51,533 bases of DNA. It comes from Candidatus Woesearchaeota archaeon. Lineage in GTDB: Archaea; Nanobdellota; Nanobdellia; Woesearchaeales; GW2011-AR4. The position numbers and the translations under genes are program-made. How positions within the stretch are numbered: the stretch's first letter is position 1; the number at the start of each line of letters is the position of its first letter. Where the stretch lies: assembly GCA_016181305.1 (NCBI GenBank), contig JACOZN010000014.1, positions 1 to 51,533 on the forward strand. The letters run 5' to 3'. A model generated the notes under the pieces. It did not search any database, was not told the DNA's origin, and worked only from the letters and a program-made list of their open reading frames with translations. Positions 9,248-18,645 of this stretch are shown here, in pieces.

Positions 9248-10519
9248 TTGGGCTTTAAAATAAAGAAGATAAGGGCAAGGGAAGTTCTTGACTCAAGGGG
9301 CAATCCTACAATTGAAGTTGATTTGAAGACAAAAGACTGCTGCGCAAAGGCAATTGTGCCGAGCGGCGCATCAACTGGAATGCATGAGGCATTGGAGCTG
9401 AGGGATAATGATAAAAAGAGATATCACGGCAAAGGCGTTCTAAAAGCGGTTAATAACGCCAATAAAATTATATCAAAAAAATTGATAGGCTTTGACTGCA
9501 GGCAGCAAAGGCAGATTGACAATTTTCTTATTGAGCTTGACGGCACTGAAAACAAGTCAAGGCTTGGCGCAAACGCGATTTTAGGAGTTTCTATGGCTGT
9601 ATGCAAAGTCGGGGCATGCGCTTCCGGCACTAGGCTTTATGAGCATATAAAAAAATTATCCAATTCAAAAAAATTGATGCTGCCTGTGCCGCAGATGAAT
9701 GTCATAAACAGCGGCAGGCATGCGGGAGCTGAAAACGACATACAGGAGCACATGATTATGCCGGTTAATTTCAGAAAATTCAGCGATGCATTGAGGGCGG
9801 GAGCTGAAACTTACCATGCTTTGAAAGGCATTTTGAAGAAAAAATACGGCGCAAAGTCTGTACTGCTTGGAGATGAAGGGGGATTTGCCCCTCCGATTAA
9901 AAATGTTGAGGAAAGGCTTAAAATCATGCTGAGAGCGATTGCTGAAGCCGGCTACAATGGGAGGATAAAGCTTGCCTTGGACTGCGCCGCATCCGAATTT
10001 TTCAGCGAGAAAAGCGGAAAATACACTATTTTAAATAAAAAATATGATGCTGGCGGCTTAATAGATTTTTACAAAAATCTTGTTAAAAAATATCCGATTG
10101 TATCAATAGAGGACGGAATGGCGCAGGATGACTGGGAAGGGTGGAGCTTATTGAACAGGGAAATAGGCAAAAAAATCCAGATTGTTGGCGATGATTTGCT
10201 TGTAACCAGCATTATGCGCATCAAAAAGGCGTTAAATGAAAATGCGTGCAATGCCCTGCTGCTTAAAGTAAACCAGATTGGCACAGTGACAGAGGCTATT
10301 GATTCAGGGAGCATAGCATTTAAAAATAAATGGAATGTTGTTGTAAGCCACAGAAGCGGTGAAACAGAGGACAGTTTTATTGCTGATTTATGTGCTGGGA
10401 TTGGCGCAAACCAATGCAAGTTCGGAGCTCCTGCAAGAAGCGAGAGGACTGTAAAGTATAACAGGCTGTTGAGGATTGAGGAAGGGCTTGGGAATAAAGC
10501 AAAATTTGCAAGGCTGTAA
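9248..10519 (+). CDS. eno: Enolase
   Basis: DSRGNPT, VPSGASTG, GDEGGFAP, LLLKVNQIG, SHRSGETED. Confidence 0.97.
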   Translation: MGFKIKKIRAREVLDSRGNPTIEVDLKTKDCCAKAIVPSGASTGMHEALELRDNDKKRYHGKGVLKAVNNANKIISKKLIGFDCRQQRQIDNFLIELDGTENKSRLGANAILGVSMAVCKVGACASGTRLYEHIKKLSNSKKLMLPVPQMNVINSGRHAGAENDIQEHMIMPVNFRKFSDALRAGAETYHALKGILKKKYGAKSVLLGDEGGFAPPIKNVEERLKIMLRAIAEAGYNGRIKLALDCAASEFFSEKSGKYTILNKKYDAGGLIDFYKNLVKKYPIVSIEDGMAQDDWEGWSLLNREIGKKIQIVGDDLLVTSIMRIKKALNENACNALLLKVNQIGTVTEAIDSGSIAFKNKWNVVVSHRSGETEDSFIADLCAGIGANQCKFGAPARSERTVKYNRLLRIEEGLGNKAKFARL

Positions 10520-10520
10520 T

Positions 10521-11324
10521 ATGAAAAAGCCGTTCATCACTTTGACAAGCGATTTTGGCGTTCAGAGCCAAGGCACAGGAATTATGGAAGCTGTTGCTTT
10601 AGAGATTAATCCTGATGCGCATACCATACATTTAATGCATGGCTTGCCTGACTTTGACTTGTTTTATGCCGCCAGGACCATGGAGACTGTTGCTTTTATG
10701 CCCGTAGGCTTTCATGTATGTGTTGTAGATCCCGGGGTCGGGACAAAAAGAAAGCCTATAATAATTGAAACCGGAAGAGGGGATTTTTTAATAGGGCCTG
10801 ACAACGGGGTTTTGATTCCAGCAACAAGATTTCTTGGCGGCATAAAAAAGGCTGCTGAAATAACAAACAAAAAATACATGAGGCAGCCCGTCTCCCCGAT
10901 ATTCCACGGAAGGGACATTTTCACGCCTGCGGCCGCCTACCTTTCAAAAGGAATTGGGATTGAAAAGTTCGGAAAAAACATAAATCCAAAAAATTTGGCT
11001 AAAGCGCCTTACGAGGAAGCAGTTGTTAAAGAAGATAAAATATCAGCGAAAATAATATCTATAAACAAGTTTGGCTCGCTGCACTTAAACATAATGCAAA
11101 AAGAATGGGACAAATTTAATGTTGGGTTTGGGAATATTGTTATTTTGAAATTTAAAAACCAGTCAATTGGAATGCCCCATGCAATTACATTCGGCGATAT
11201 TGAAAAGGGAAAGCCATTGATAATGAAGGATGATTATGGAAGAATTGAGATAGCAATTAATCAAGGTTCTTTTGCAAAGAAATATTCTTTAAAAATTGGA
11301 GATAATATTTCAATAAAAAAATGA
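10521..11324 (+). CDS. SAM hydroxide adenosyltransferase / chlorinase-fluorinase family (DUF62)
   Basis: [37 protein letters not shown]. Confidence 0.9.
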   Translation: MKKPFITLTSDFGVQSQGTGIMEAVALEINPDAHTIHLMHGLPDFDLFYAARTMETVAFMPVGFHVCVVDPGVGTKRKPIIIETGRGDFLIGPDNGVLIPATRFLGGIKKAAEITNKKYMRQPVSPIFHGRDIFTPAAAYLSKGIGIEKFGKNINPKNLAKAPYEEAVVKEDKISAKIISINKFGSLHLNIMQKEWDKFNVGFGNIVILKFKNQSIGMPHAITFGDIEKGKPLIMKDDYGRIEIAINQGSFAKKYSLKIGDNISIKK

Positions 11325-12070
11325 TGAAACTAGTTTTATTAAGGCACGGGCAGAGTACCTGGAACATGGAAAACAGGTTTACGGGATGGACAGACGTGCC
11401 TTTGACGGAGCATGGCATTGAAGAGGCAAAAGAAGCAGGAAGAATCCTGAAAGAGAATGGATTTGTTTTTGATGTTGTTTTCACGAATCTGCACAAGCGT
11501 GCAGTAGCTACAACAAATATAGTTCTGAAGGAATTGAAACTGGAAGATGCCCAAGTCAATAAGGCATGGCAGCTTAATGAAAGGCATTATGGTGCGCTGC
11601 AGGGCTTAAACAAGGCAGAGATGGCTGCAAAATACGGCGAAGAGCAGGTTCTTAAATGGAGAAGAAGCTATGACATAAAGCCGCCTGCATTGGACAAAAG
11701 CGACAAAAGATGGCCGGGCAACGACCCATTATACAGGGATTTGGACAAAAAATTCCTGCCGTTAACAGAATCGCTGAAGGACACAGTCAAAAGGGTTGCC
11801 CCGTACTGGCAAAAGGAAATGCTGCCGGCGCTAAAAAACGGCAAAAAAATCCTTGTATCAGCCAGCGGCAACAGCCTCAGGGCATTAGTCAAATATATTG
11901 ACAGCGTCCCTGACAATGAGATTGTCGAGTTTAACATACCTACAGGAATCCCTCTTGTGTACGAGCTCGATGGCAGCCTGAGGCCAATAAGGCATTATTT
12001 TCTCGGGGACCGGGAAGATATTGAAAAAAAAATCAGGGAAGTTGCTGCGCAGGGAAAGGCAAGGAAGTAA
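11321..12070 (+). CDS. gpmA: 2,3-bisphosphoglycerate-dependent phosphoglycerate mutase
   Basis: [34 protein letters not shown]; the second catalytic His segment reads SASGNS rather than AHGNS. Confidence 0.92.
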   Translation: MMKLVLLRHGQSTWNMENRFTGWTDVPLTEHGIEEAKEAGRILKENGFVFDVVFTNLHKRAVATTNIVLKELKLEDAQVNKAWQLNERHYGALQGLNKAEMAAKYGEEQVLKWRRSYDIKPPALDKSDKRWPGNDPLYRDLDKKFLPLTESLKDTVKRVAPYWQKEMLPALKNGKKILVSASGNSLRALVKYIDSVPDNEIVEFNIPTGIPLVYELDGSLRPIRHYFLGDREDIEKKIREVAAQGKARK

Positions 12071-12075
12071 GCTAT

Positions 12076-13014
12076 TCATCTCCTGTAAAACCTTGAGGCA
12101 TCCTCGGGAAGCACGGAATTTATAGCCGCATTTGTCGAGAATTCAAACCCTGCCCATGTCGCGATTCTCGGAGCCACTTCAATGTGGAAGTGCAGATTTT
12201 CTTTTTCAGGCGAGTAGTGGATAAAAAAGTTGTAAGAGGCATTGATTTTTTTAAGTTTTACCAGTATTTTTTTCAGCCCCAAAGCCAGGTCATAGAGCTC
12301 TTCCTCCTCCAATTCCTCCATTGCCCTTTTATGGCTTTTCACAAAGAGCCATGCCTCGTAGTTGAAGCGGGATGCAAAAGGGGCGAATGCAACTACATTT
12401 TTCGTCTCAAAAATCTTCCTTTTTGACTTGGATTCCGCCTTTATAATGCCGCAATAAAGGCACTTTCTGCCTTTTACCGAGGCTTTTGCCTCTTCCATCA
12501 CAAGGGAAGGTGGCTGCGCCAGAGCCATAATCTGTGTATGGCTGTGCACCAGTGATGTGCCTGCATCCTTGCCGTGGTTTTTGAACACAACGACATATTT
12601 TATTCCCTTTGCCTTGCTTAATTCCCTTATCCTCACCTTGCACACCTCAAGCAGCTCCCTTATCTGCCGTGCAGGCAGGTCGGCAAGCTGGGACTTGTGG
12701 TGCGGAGTTTCAACAATCACCTCGTGCACGCCGTAGGAATCGCCTTCCAGGAACAGCTTTCTTTGCCTGGGCTTTGGATTTCCTTTTTTTTCAACCGCAG
12801 GGAACTTGTTCAGGAACCATCTCATCCTCCATGAGCCTTTGTATTCAAGCCTGCCAATTTCAGGAGGGGTCAAATGCTCGCTGCCTGGGCAGAAATAGCA
12901 TGTTTTTGGCTCGTCTTTCACTACGACGCTCTTAAGCTCCCTGGGCCTTTTAACCCTTCCTGCCGCGTAGTAAACCCACCTGTCGAGAATATAGTCCTTC
13001 CTTATCGTTCCCAT
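12076..13014 (-). CDS. galT: Galactose-1-phosphate uridylyltransferase (HIT superfamily)
   Basis: CYFCPG, NKFPA, HEVIVE, GTSLVHSHTQ (HxHxQ). Confidence 0.88.
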   Translation of the reverse strand: MGTIRKDYILDRWVYYAAGRVKRPRELKSVVVKDEPKTCYFCPGSEHLTPPEIGRLEYKGSWRMRWFLNKFPAVEKKGNPKPRQRKLFLEGDSYGVHEVIVETPHHKSQLADLPARQIRELLEVCKVRIRELSKAKGIKYVVVFKNHGKDAGTSLVHSHTQIMALAQPPSLVMEEAKASVKGRKCLYCGIIKAESKSKRKIFETKNVVAFAPFASRFNYEAWLFVKSHKRAMEELEEEELYDLALGLKKILVKLKKINASYNFFIHYSPEKENLHFHIEVAPRIATWAGFEFSTNAAINSVLPEDASRFYRR

Positions 13015-13121
13015 GGCAGTTAACTTTAGACGGAATTATTTAAAGCTTGCGGAAAAGCCATGCATCAAAAATCAACCCGGCATTCACAAAATTTAAAAAC
13101 TATAATGAAACATTTCAGGTT

Positions 13122-13784
13122 ATGGAATTAAATTCAATAAAAAACAGCATGCCAAAAGAGCTTTATGAAATTCTTGAGAAGGAGGTAACGAATCTAAGGC
13201 CTGCTCAGGAAAAAGCCGTAAAAAAAGGGCTTTTGGACGGGAAAAACCTTTTGGTGTGCACTCCGACGGCATCCGGAAAAACTTTGATAGCGGAGCTTGC
13301 ATCGCTTAAGTCCATTATTGAAGGCAGGGGCAAGGCAGTCTACATAGTGCCGTTAAAGGCGCTTGCTTCGGAGAAATGCAGGGATTTCAGGAGAAGATAC
13401 GGAAATATCGCCAAGATAGCATTGTCAATAGGCGATACGGATTCTGCCGACCCTTACCTCGCGGAATACGACCTGATTGTGGTCACTGCAGAGAAATTGG
13501 ACAGCCTGATAAGGCACCATAGCCCGTGGATTTCAGGCGTTGGAACAGTTGTTGTTGACGAAGTCCACCTGCTTAACGACCCTGAAAGGGGGCCGACACT
13601 GGAAATATTATTGACAATCTTAAAGCAGCTGCTGAAAAATGCGCAAATCATTGCATTGAGCGCAACCATAGGGAATGCGGAAGAGCTTGCAGAATGGCTG
13701 CAGGCGGACCTGATTGTGGATGGGTGGCGCCCCGTGAAGCTGCACAAGGGAATTTATTACGACGGGGAGATTGAGTTTTATTGA
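13122..13784 (+). CDS. Hel308/Ski2-like helicase, N-terminal RecA domain only
   Basis: Motifs PTASGKT, VPLKALA, DEVH and SAT are present; stops at RPVKLHKGIYYDGEIEFY with no motifs IV-VI. Confidence 0.8.
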   Translation: MELNSIKNSMPKELYEILEKEVTNLRPAQEKAVKKGLLDGKNLLVCTPTASGKTLIAELASLKSIIEGRGKAVYIVPLKALASEKCRDFRRRYGNIAKIALSIGDTDSADPYLAEYDLIVVTAEKLDSLIRHHSPWISGVGTVVVDEVHLLNDPERGPTLEILLTILKQLLKNAQIIALSATIGNAEELAEWLQADLIVDGWRPVKLHKGIYYDGEIEFY

Positions 13785-13808
13785 TTTGCAGAACAAACAG
13801 TCCGTAAA

Positions 13809-14231
13809 ATGATATACTCATTAAGTGAGGGCGGTGAAGAAGAATTTTTATACGATAGTGACAATCCTAAATCTGAAGAATTGTTGCTGTCGCATGAAAT
13901 GCGTAGGGAGCCCCTTGCGGATCTTGTTGCTTCATTAGTAAGGATAAAAGCTATTAGGGATTATGTCTCTAGGGAAGGCGCTATAAAACATTTGCAGCCC
14001 AGAGCAAGATACAAAGAAGAATTAAAAACTTGCATTGAATTGTATCTAGACTACTTTGAGCCCATGGAAATGACAGCCAGATTTCCATTTCAAAGCGTGC
14101 CGCAGCGAAGCATAATAGAGGCTTACCTTGGCAATAATAAATCCTTTATTGACAATGTATGCCTAAGTTTATTCTCGGAAGAAAAAGTCAAAGTAGGGGG
14201 TTCTCTGGATTTCAGCTTACGCCAGACCTAA
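13809..14231 (+). CDS. Hypothetical protein
   Basis: 140 aa ORF filling the gap between the helicase fragment and ftsY; no recognised motif. Confidence 0.55.
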   Translation: MIYSLSEGGEEEFLYDSDNPKSEELLLSHEMRREPLADLVASLVRIKAIRDYVSREGAIKHLQPRARYKEELKTCIELYLDYFEPMEMTARFPFQSVPQRSIIEAYLGNNKSFIDNVCLSLFSEEKVKVGGSLDFSLRQT

Positions 14232-15554
14232 ACCTTTTACTATGATTTCCGGCTCAAACTGCTTCAAATCCCCATACTCCTGCCCTGTGCCTAAATACAA
14301 AATCGGCTTTTTTGTGACGTAAGAAACAGAGACAGCCGCGCCGCCTTTTTCGTCAATGTCCGCTTTAGCCAAAATAATTCCATCAATTCCAACTGCTTCA
14401 TTGAATGTCTTTGCCTGCTCAACGCAGTCGTTGCCTGTAATGCTTTCGCCTACAAAAATCTTCAGGTCCGGCTTTGCCACCCTTATTATTTTTTTCATTT
14501 CATCAATGAGATTAACGTTGCTGTGCATCCTTCCGGCTGTGTCAATCAGCACAGAGTCAATGCCTTTCGCCTTTGCGTGCTTTATGGCGTCAAATGCAAC
14601 CGCAGCAGGGTCTGCTCCATAGTCGTGCTTTATCAATTTGACCCCGATTTTGTCGGCATGCTGCTGGAGCTGCTCAATCGAGGCTGCCCTGAAAGTGTCG
14701 GAAGCAGCCAGCACGCACGATACACCATTCCCCTTAAGCATGCTTGCAAGCTTTGCAATGCTTGTTGTCTTTCCAGAGCCGTTTATGCCGAAAAATGCAA
14801 TGACATAAGGCTTTTCTTTTTTATTTCTGATTTCCTGCACTAAATCTATTGTATTGTTTAAAAACAAGTCTTCGATGGAGCTCTTCAATGTCATTACAAT
14901 TGTTTCCTCGACTTTTGTCCTTTTTATCGGCTTTTCAACAAGCTCTTCCTTCAAGTCATTTTTTATCTTTTCAATCACCTCGACTGCAACGTTGTTTTCC
15001 ATTAAAGCCAATTCCAATTCCCAAAATAATTTTTCAAACTGGCTTTCATCTATTTTTGTCGTTATTATCTTTTCTGTAAGTGTAGCAAAAAAGCCTTTTT
15101 TATCGGGTTTCTCTTCTATAATTTTTTTAGACTTTTCTTTTAATTTTTCGTCATAGTAATCTTGATCTTTCTTATCAATTTCTTTTTCAACTTTTTTATC
15201 CATTACTGCAGGTTCAGCCTTTTGCAGCATTTCAGGAAAGTCCTTTCCAAATAGTTCTGGATGCCCCCCCACCACTTCTTTTATTATTTGAGGATCTCTT
15301 CTTTCCTCTTTTATTTTTTCATGTTGTATTATTTTAGGCTTTATTTCCCCTTTTAATTCTGTTTTTTCTTCAGTAATCCCCTTTTCTTCTCTGCCAACGA
15401 TCTTTTCCTTGATCTTGGCAAAAAAACCCTTTTCCTCTTTGGGTTCTTCCAGGGGTCTCTCTGTTATTTTTTCCTCTGCTTTGCCTTCCTTCTCAACGTT
15501 TTCAGAAATCTTCGATATTGCGCTTTTCAGCTTCTCTTTCAGGAATTTGAACAT
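14217..15554 (-). CDS. ftsY: Signal recognition particle receptor FtsY
   Basis: MFKFLKEKL start, charged N-terminal region, GINGSGKTT, DTFRAA, DTAGR, KADIDEKGG. Confidence 0.95.
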   Translation of the reverse strand: MFKFLKEKLKSAISKISENVEKEGKAEEKITERPLEEPKEEKGFFAKIKEKIVGREEKGITEEKTELKGEIKPKIIQHEKIKEERRDPQIIKEVVGGHPELFGKDFPEMLQKAEPAVMDKKVEKEIDKKDQDYYDEKLKEKSKKIIEEKPDKKGFFATLTEKIITTKIDESQFEKLFWELELALMENNVAVEVIEKIKNDLKEELVEKPIKRTKVEETIVMTLKSSIEDLFLNNTIDLVQEIRNKKEKPYVIAFFGINGSGKTTSIAKLASMLKGNGVSCVLAASDTFRAASIEQLQQHADKIGVKLIKHDYGADPAAVAFDAIKHAKAKGIDSVLIDTAGRMHSNVNLIDEMKKIIRVAKPDLKIFVGESITGNDCVEQAKTFNEAVGIDGIILAKADIDEKGGAAVSVSYVTKKPILYLGTGQEYGDLKQFEPEIIVKGLGLA

Positions 15555-15570
15555 TTTAAACAGCAGGAAC

Positions 15571-15990
15571 TTACCCTTTTGAAACAAGGCTTTGCAGCTG
15601 CATTTCAATCTGGGCGGCCTGCCCCATCATTTTCTCGAGCTCGCCCACCAGCTGCTTCTGTATTTTTTTTATCTCCTCAATCTGGCTTTGGATAAGCCTT
15701 TTTGCCGAGTCCACATTCTTCTGGACAACCACGTTTGCGCCCACATTTACAAGCAGGTCCGAAGCATCCTTTATGCTTGCCTTTGCGAATATGCCCGAGC
15801 TTAGCGGCACTAATATCTCCTTTCCGGGGCTTATTTTCCTGAACTCGTCAAGGCTGTAGCTTGAGGCATTAAGCTCCATCAGCTGGCCTGTGACAGCTTC
15901 CAGCTGCTTCTGCAGCTGCTTTATGTGCTGGTCCATGGCCTGAAACTGCATGTACATCTCCTGAGCCCTTTTTTCATTGTCTTCAGCCAT
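15571..15990 (-). CDS. pfdA: Prefoldin alpha subunit
   Basis: Coiled coils flanking EILVPLSSGIFA...LVNVGANVVV; upstream of ftsY. Confidence 0.93.
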   Translation of the reverse strand: MAEDNEKRAQEMYMQFQAMDQHIKQLQKQLEAVTGQLMELNASSYSLDEFRKISPGKEILVPLSSGIFAKASIKDASDLLVNVGANVVVQKNVDSAKRLIQSQIEEIKKIQKQLVGELEKMMGQAAQIEMQLQSLVSKG

Positions 15991-15996
15991 TTGCCT

Positions 15997-16971
15997 TTAC
16001 CTCATCTTCTTCTCGAGCTTTTTGTACATTTCCTCGTATACAACTCCCATCGGCAAGCCTTCATGCGTCCTTTTGATGTCCTCTGCAAGCAGCGGCGCTA
16101 TGGATATAACCTTTATTTTGCCTATTGACTTTTCGCCCGGCAGGCTTATGGTATTTGTGATTACCACCTCCTTGATTTGGGACTTGGCTATGCGCTCTGC
16201 TGCGGGATTTGAAAAAACCCCGTGGGTTGCAAGCACATAAACATCCTTGGCGCCGAATTTCAGCAGGATATTTGCAGCCTCTGTTATGCTGCCTGCGGTG
16301 TCTATCAGGTCATCAACAAGCACTGCTGTTTTTCCCCTTACATCCCCTATGACATTCTGCACCTCAGCTACATTTGGCTGGGGCCTTCTCTTGTCAACAA
16401 TTGCAATGGGGGCGTTAAGCACCTTTCCAAACTCCCTTGCCCTTGCAGCGCCTCCTGCGTCAGGGCTTACAATGACAATGTCCTTTAGTTTCCTGTCTGC
16501 AATGTACCCGGCAAATAAAGGCACTACATCAAGGTTGTCGCTTGGTATGTTGAAAAACCCCTGCACCTGCGGCACATGCAGGTCAAACATTATAACCCTG
16601 TCAACTCCCGCAACCTCTATCATGTTTGCAACCAGCCTTGCAGTTATGGGCTCCCTTGGCTTGGTTTTCTTGTCCTGCCTGCAATACCCGTAATATGGAA
16701 TGACTGCGGTTATCCTGTCAGGAGATGACCTTTCCAGAGCATCAACCAGAATTAAAAGCTCCATTAGGTTGAGGCTTGCATCCGGCGATGTGGGCTGGAT
16801 TATGAAGACATCGCAGCCCCTGACGCTTTGAAGCACCCTGCAGTAAATCTCGCCGTCGCTGAACCTTTTTATCTCAACAGGAGTTAGCGGGACTTTCAGT
16901 ATCTTTGCAACCTCTTCAGCCAGCTTTTTGTTGGCTGTCCCAGATATAAGCTTGAAGCGTTCCTTGAGCAA
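15997..16971 (-). CDS. prs: Ribose-phosphate pyrophosphokinase
   Basis: RFSDGE, VIPYYGYCRQD, VSPDAGG, VDDLIDTAGS; TTG start after a GGTGG SD. Confidence 0.95.
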   Translation of the reverse strand: MLKERFKLISGTANKKLAEEVAKILKVPLTPVEIKRFSDGEIYCRVLQSVRGCDVFIIQPTSPDASLNLMELLILVDALERSSPDRITAVIPYYGYCRQDKKTKPREPITARLVANMIEVAGVDRVIMFDLHVPQVQGFFNIPSDNLDVVPLFAGYIADRKLKDIVIVSPDAGGAARAREFGKVLNAPIAIVDKRRPQPNVAEVQNVIGDVRGKTAVLVDDLIDTAGSITEAANILLKFGAKDVYVLATHGVFSNPAAERIAKSQIKEVVITNTISLPGEKSIGKIKVISIAPLLAEDIKRTHEGLPMGVVYEEMYKKLEKKMR

Positions 16972-17018
16972 AAAACCCCACCCATTCAGTTCTTTTAGAA
17001 TCTATGGGTGTTTAAAAA

Positions 17019-17040
17019 GATTTGGGTTTTTGATTCTGTT
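17019..17040. repeat. 22-bp direct repeat, copy 1 (contains the minus-strand TATA upstream of prs)
   Basis: TGTTTAAAAAGATTTGGGTTTT; second copy at 18157-18178 differs at one base. Confidence 0.75.
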
Positions 17041-17089
17041 GCGTTTCAGGGATATATTTAAATATAAATCAATTTTGTGGAATTTAATT

Positions 17090-18142
17090 ATGGATAAAGG
17101 GCTGTCCCCCTCAATGTTCATAGGCGTGAGGGGAAATGGGATAATTTCATTCGGCTCCGGGCAGCCTGACCTGCCGCCTCCGAAAGAGGTGCTTTCATGC
17201 GTGCCTGAGCCTGAAGACTTCAAATACGGGCTAGTGGCGGGGCAGGTTTATCTGAGAAAAGCCTTGTCAAAAGAGTTCAAAGGCAGCGCAAGCGATGACT
17301 TTGTAATCACAAACGGCGCATCAGAGGCTCTTGACTTGACGCTGAGGGCAATAGGGAAGCCCAAGGATAAGATACTAATCCATAAGCCCTATTACTACTC
17401 CTACAAGCCGCTGATTGAGCTGAATCATATGGAGCCTTTGTATGTTGAAACTTATAAAGGCAAGATTGATACTGATGACTTTGAAAAGAAGGTGCACAAG
17501 GCAAAGGCTGTTTTGATAAACTCGCCCTCAAACCCGACTGGCAGGATACAGGACATAAAAACGCTGAAATTTATAGAAAAAGTAACAGACGACCTGGATA
17601 TTCCGCTTCTTTCAGACGAAGTTTACAAGGACCTGATTTATGAAAGGGAGAATTACATGCTCTCGGGCCCGCATGTTGTCACAATAAACTCCTTCTCAAA
17701 GACTTTTGACATGTGCGGCGCAAGGGTCGGCTATCTTTACTCAAATGACAAGCCAATCGTGAATGAGGCAGTCAGGCTGAAAACATACACTTCAATGAAT
17801 ACAAACATATTGGCGCAGAGAATGGCTTACCATGCCACAAAAGTGCCCAGAGCGTTTGTTGACGGGCAGGTTAAGGTATGGAAGCAGAGAAGGGATTTGA
17901 TTTACGAGGGCATGTGCAGGCTTGGGCTTGATGTGTGGAAGCCTGAAGGCGCATTTTACATACTGCCCAAAATAAAGAATCCAAGAAAATTTGTCTGGGG
18001 CATGTTCAAGAAGCACAAAGTCATTACATACCTTGGAGAATGGTTCGGCGCGGATGACAGGGTGAGGTTTTCTTACGCGCTTGATGTTGAAAAGATTGAG
18101 GAAGGGCTGAAACGGGTTGGGAAGTATTTGAAGAAAAATTGA
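17090..18142 (+). CDS. PLP-dependent aminotransferase, class I/II
   Basis: SFGSGQPD, ITNGASEAL, NSPSNPTG, SDEVY, NSFSKTFDMCGARVGY; ATG at 17090 downstream of an AT-rich TATA. Confidence 0.9.
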   Translation: MDKGLSPSMFIGVRGNGIISFGSGQPDLPPPKEVLSCVPEPEDFKYGLVAGQVYLRKALSKEFKGSASDDFVITNGASEALDLTLRAIGKPKDKILIHKPYYYSYKPLIELNHMEPLYVETYKGKIDTDDFEKKVHKAKAVLINSPSNPTGRIQDIKTLKFIEKVTDDLDIPLLSDEVYKDLIYERENYMLSGPHVVTINSFSKTFDMCGARVGYLYSNDKPIVNEAVRLKTYTSMNTNILAQRMAYHATKVPRAFVDGQVKVWKQRRDLIYEGMCRLGLDVWKPEGAFYILPKIKNPRKFVWGMFKKHKVITYLGEWFGADDRVRFSYALDVEKIEEGLKRVGKYLKKN

Positions 18143-18156
18143 TTTTTATTATTTAT

Positions 18157-18178
18157 TGTTTAAAAAGATCTGGGTTTT
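18157..18178. repeat. 22-bp direct repeat, copy 2
   Basis: TGTTTAAAAAGATCTGGGTTTT, directly downstream of the aminotransferase stop codon. Confidence 0.75.
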
Positions 18179-18227
18179 GGCAATTAAAAACGTAAAGCTT
18201 ATATACAACAAAATGAAAGAATAAAGA

Positions 18228-18632
18228 ATGAGGAATATTAATCATAAATATCCAGTATTCGGCGTATTTTTAATGATTGTTCTTTCTTCGCTATTAGTTT
18301 CTGCTTTCCAGCCAGAAACAAATAGGAATATTTCAATTGCATTTGATTATATTGGAGTTATTTCAGGGATTATACTTATAGTTATGATGATAAAAACTTT
18401 AAAATCTTTTAACAGTTCTTTAAGGCAAAATTATGATTTTATGCTGGTCATCGGCATATTTTTTCAGGTTTTGGCTTTCACATACACCTTGATTTTCATA
18501 AGATTTAAATTGTATCCCATGCCGACTGGCATTGATATACATCATTTACTGATGATTATCGGATTTTTGTTCTTTGGCATTGCAACATACAAATTAAGAA
18601 TACTGGCAGGCACTATCAACAAAAAAAGTTAG
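18228..18632 (+). CDS. Small multi-pass membrane protein
   Basis: 134 aa with four hydrophobic segments. Confidence 0.65.
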   Translation: MRNINHKYPVFGVFLMIVLSSLLVSAFQPETNRNISIAFDYIGVISGIILIVMMIKTLKSFNSSLRQNYDFMLVIGIFFQVLAFTYTLIFIRFKLYPMPTGIDIHHLLMIIGFLFFGIATYKLRILAGTINKKS

Positions 18633-18645
18633 TTACCCTATAAAA

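Noticed and set aside
15100-15520. Lys/Glu-rich low-complexity stretch in ftsY as an insertion or repeat
   Set aside because: A charged, variable N-terminal region is normal for FtsY.
16979-17020. CACCCAT/ATGGGTG hairpin sequestering the prs Shine-Dalgarno as a riboswitch
   Set aside because: The TATA position puts the likely TSS inside the stem, so the hairpin probably does not form in the mRNA; at most a DNA-level operator.
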